Assembly (NCBI GenBank): GCA_903813345.2
Contig: CAIIXF020000001.1
Coordinates: 31,000,001-31,064,000 of the forward strand
Reading direction: 5' to 3'
DNA: 64,000 nt
DNA from: Owenia fusiformis
Taxonomy: Eukaryota
The notes beneath the pieces are model-generated. The model was not told where the DNA came from and made no database searches. It was given only the letters and a program-made list of their open reading frames with translations. Positions 62,201 to 64,000 of this stretch are shown one piece after another (position 1 is the first letter of the stretch; every line of letters starts with the position of its first letter). The position numbers and the translations under genes were made by a program.

Positions 62201-63556
62201 CAAAGAACTTTGCCAGTATTATAAATGCACGAGCGTATTGTATTTATGATATTCTATCCAGGTTAAATGGTGAAATAGTTGATACTACAAATGACAAAGT
62301 TGATTTCAAGAGGAATAGTGGTGTACATATGGTGATATCAAAAAGCAATGGCGAAGACGGTGTCATGTTGGTTACAGTTCAATACAATACAGGTACATTC
62401 TTTGTTTTCTCCATTGTATCATATGAAAGAATTAAAAATCCCTTATTTTGTTGCATTAGACTTAACAAGCTCCTGCATATTTTCTCCAATATTGATGTGA
62501 TTGTCTCCAAAAATTGAAAGTCAGTTAAATTACAATTGCTCAAAAATGTGCACATCTGATTGCATACATATTTACAAACTTTTTTGTGTTTTCCTCAACC
62601 GTATGCATAATTGCATGTACTGGTACATTACATCATTAGGGGTAATGGTCACTGCATATGTTCGATATAGTGCTAAAATGAAGCGACAGTATTTGAATAT
62701 GGTTCTGCAACTAACATCTGCATTCACTGGAAAGACTTCCGGTCTGTGTGGACTCATGGATGACGATCCAGTCAATGACTTCACCGGGCGAAATGGGGTC
62801 ATGTACAACACATCCTCTATTATACAATTTGCTGAATCATGTATGTATTAAAGTATTGAGAGTGCCTTCAGAATTGTAGAATAGAAACATTATGAATTAA
62901 AGTTAATCGATTGGATATGAATCAGTTGGCTAGATTTATTTAACAAAAACTGTCTGCTGATTCTTTGCAGCAAAACCATTTAATCATTTTAGCAAATCTT
63001 GTGTTTGTGTATACAATACGTTATATGTGTTTATATTTAAAGGGCGAGTTGATGGGCCAAAACAGAGCAATTCTGGACTACAAGGGTCTTGGTCATGGAC
63101 TTCTTCAAATTTTCACCACCTTGACATCCTTGGCCCTAGCTATACTGATACATCGTTGTATTCACCAGTGTATGATATACGAGAATTTTCCGATCACCAA
63201 ATGAATGTAATGATTATTTTATATATTGATATATCCTTAGAAGAAACCCATGCTATCATCACATATTTTTATCTAATGTGTCTTTACCAGTGTTACCTGT
63301 ATTTTAGTATTTCATATACACAGCGATTGATATATATCATAATCAGAATTCAATAAAAATTAAGTTTATATGTATCCATACATATTCGTATATATTCTTG
63401 TGGGTAATACTTACAAAATTTCAAAAAAATTCCAGGCAAGTCGAGATATTTGTTCTTCAAGAAACATCGGAGATAAAAAACTTTTAGAGGAATGTATGTT
63501 TGATGTCCTTGTAACTGAAGATTCCACTTTTGCAACTCAAGAGTATCTAAAATCAG
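35289..63556 (+). CDS. Giant extracellular mosaic protein: Bark beetle/Anakonda-like parallel beta-helix + CUB-like repeats, C-type lectin, EGF, PSI, Cys-rich, VWD; 3'-partial
   Basis: Phase-compatible exons 35289-35423 (signal peptide, DNSPY), 40213-40354 (LTVQPGVIVQF), 40485-40927, 41694-41970, 43871-47749, 49351-50157, 50318-50412 (CDFGWQYSKGTCY), 50591-50707, 50881-50968, 51397-51575 (EGFs), 51959-52162 (PSI: CLACTKQIGCGWC), 52670-52780, 52899-53181, 53330-53518, 53820-54048, 54314-54461, 54610-54789, 55008-55220, 55572-55685, 56084-56231, 56891-56995, 58094-58262, 58821-59046, 59350-59554, 60106-60236, 61000-61151, 61337-61480 (GGDPHLQTLDG), 61612-61807, 62262-62392, 62640-62840 (TSGLCG), 63043-63206, 63436-63556. 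No stop is reached within the window. Confidence 0.85.
36385..37122 (+). mobile_element. 3' end of an L1/Tx1-clade LINE (zf-RVT zinc finger, 3' UTR, poly(A))
   Basis: Frame reads NLCDFCKNDKIDDTIHFFIECPNSSKIW...IIVG...INFCILYIKSLIHKSR...W, stop at 36840, then AATAAA running into poly(A) at 37105-37122. Confidence 0.85.
37240..37775. mobile_element. Fold-back/hairpin non-autonomous element nested in the Harbinger
   Basis: Long hairpin gttatgtac...ggatacagg...cccgaggga...atccaaaacc...gtacataac (37240-37377) and IR tgtatttcatacctactga / tcagtcggtatgaaataca (37381-37778). Confidence 0.55.
38889..39198. mobile_element. MITE with 18-bp TIR
   Basis: tcacaccaaactagttct / agaactagtttggtgtga. Confidence 0.75.
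41054..41516. mobile_element. Fold-back MITE, Transib-like (CAC...GTG, 5-bp TSD)
   Basis: TSD agatg at 41049-53 and 41517-21; arms of about 185 bp pair almost throughout. Confidence 0.85.
42371..43246. mobile_element. Non-autonomous TIR element, Transib-like
   Basis: TIR cacggacctggggacaatt / aattgtccccagtttcgt; acgtg on both flanks. Confidence 0.65.
48821..49002. mobile_element. Mutator-like MITE (9-bp TSD)
   Basis: About 68-bp near-perfect TIRs starting caaggaggattggctcccaga; TSD ctacaaaat at 48812-20 and 49003-11. Confidence 0.9.
57144..57696. mobile_element. Tc1-like MITE
   Basis: TA flanks; TIR c(c/a)g(c/g)gtgacacaaaaaatgacacccac / gtgggtgtcatttttgtgtcaccctg. Confidence 0.85.
60763..60961. 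mobile_element. Short GC-tract MITE
   Basis: Termini caggcccgtag / ctacgggactg with internal G and C runs. Confidence 0.6.
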
Positions 63557-64000
63557 GTATGCTTCTACACCGATGTTAAATCTAGTTAGAGAATAATGTA
63601 AAATTCCGTAAAATTAGCGCAGATTCGATTACACGTATTCGTCCTGGAAGACTAGTAGTAATTTTTCCTTTCCGAGCTAGCACCCAGTATCAATATAATT
63701 TCAGACTGCCCGAGTCAATGTAGTGGACGGGGAGAGTGCATAAACTCAACATGCCAGTGTACATCGGGATGGGAGGGTGATGCATGTGAAATTGGTAAAA
63801 AAAATCAGACTAATAAAATGCAAACATCGGTTAAACGTAGGAAAGATGTGCGTAGTAATCTGTGAAATCTAAAATTCACAACTGAAAGTTAAAGTGAGAC
63901 ATAAAACCATAATAATTAAAATGGCAGGATGATAAATTCCCTGGTTTTCGACATGTTTAGGTATGTGCCCATATGATTGCATCCATGGCAATTGCACTCT

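Overview
AT-rich, intron-rich animal genomic DNA, probably from an invertebrate; the species cannot be determined from the sequence. Four spliced genes are recognisable. (1) ELP3, the Elongator radical-SAM/KAT subunit, on the + strand; its 5' end lies before the window and its stop is at 19939. (2) A complete 4-exon SLC16/monocarboxylate-transporter-family gene nested antisense in the 10-kb ELP3 intron. (3) A secreted EGF/lustrin-type Cys-rich/VWD/C8 gene (22050-32707) showing signs of decay. (4) A very large extracellular mosaic gene (35289 to beyond the window end) with a Bark beetle/Anakonda-like triple beta-helix/CUB N-terminus fused to C-type lectin, EGF, PSI, Cys-rich and VWD modules. 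Introns carry many DNA-transposon derivatives, LINE tails and minisatellites. The most unusual signal is that three independent tandem arrays are built from the 3' splice site plus the start of a real coding exon: 10-11 x 125 bp and 2 x 95 bp in ELP3, and about 42 x 77 bp in the VWD gene. Each real exon is therefore preceded by near-identical decoy acceptors that run into a premature stop.
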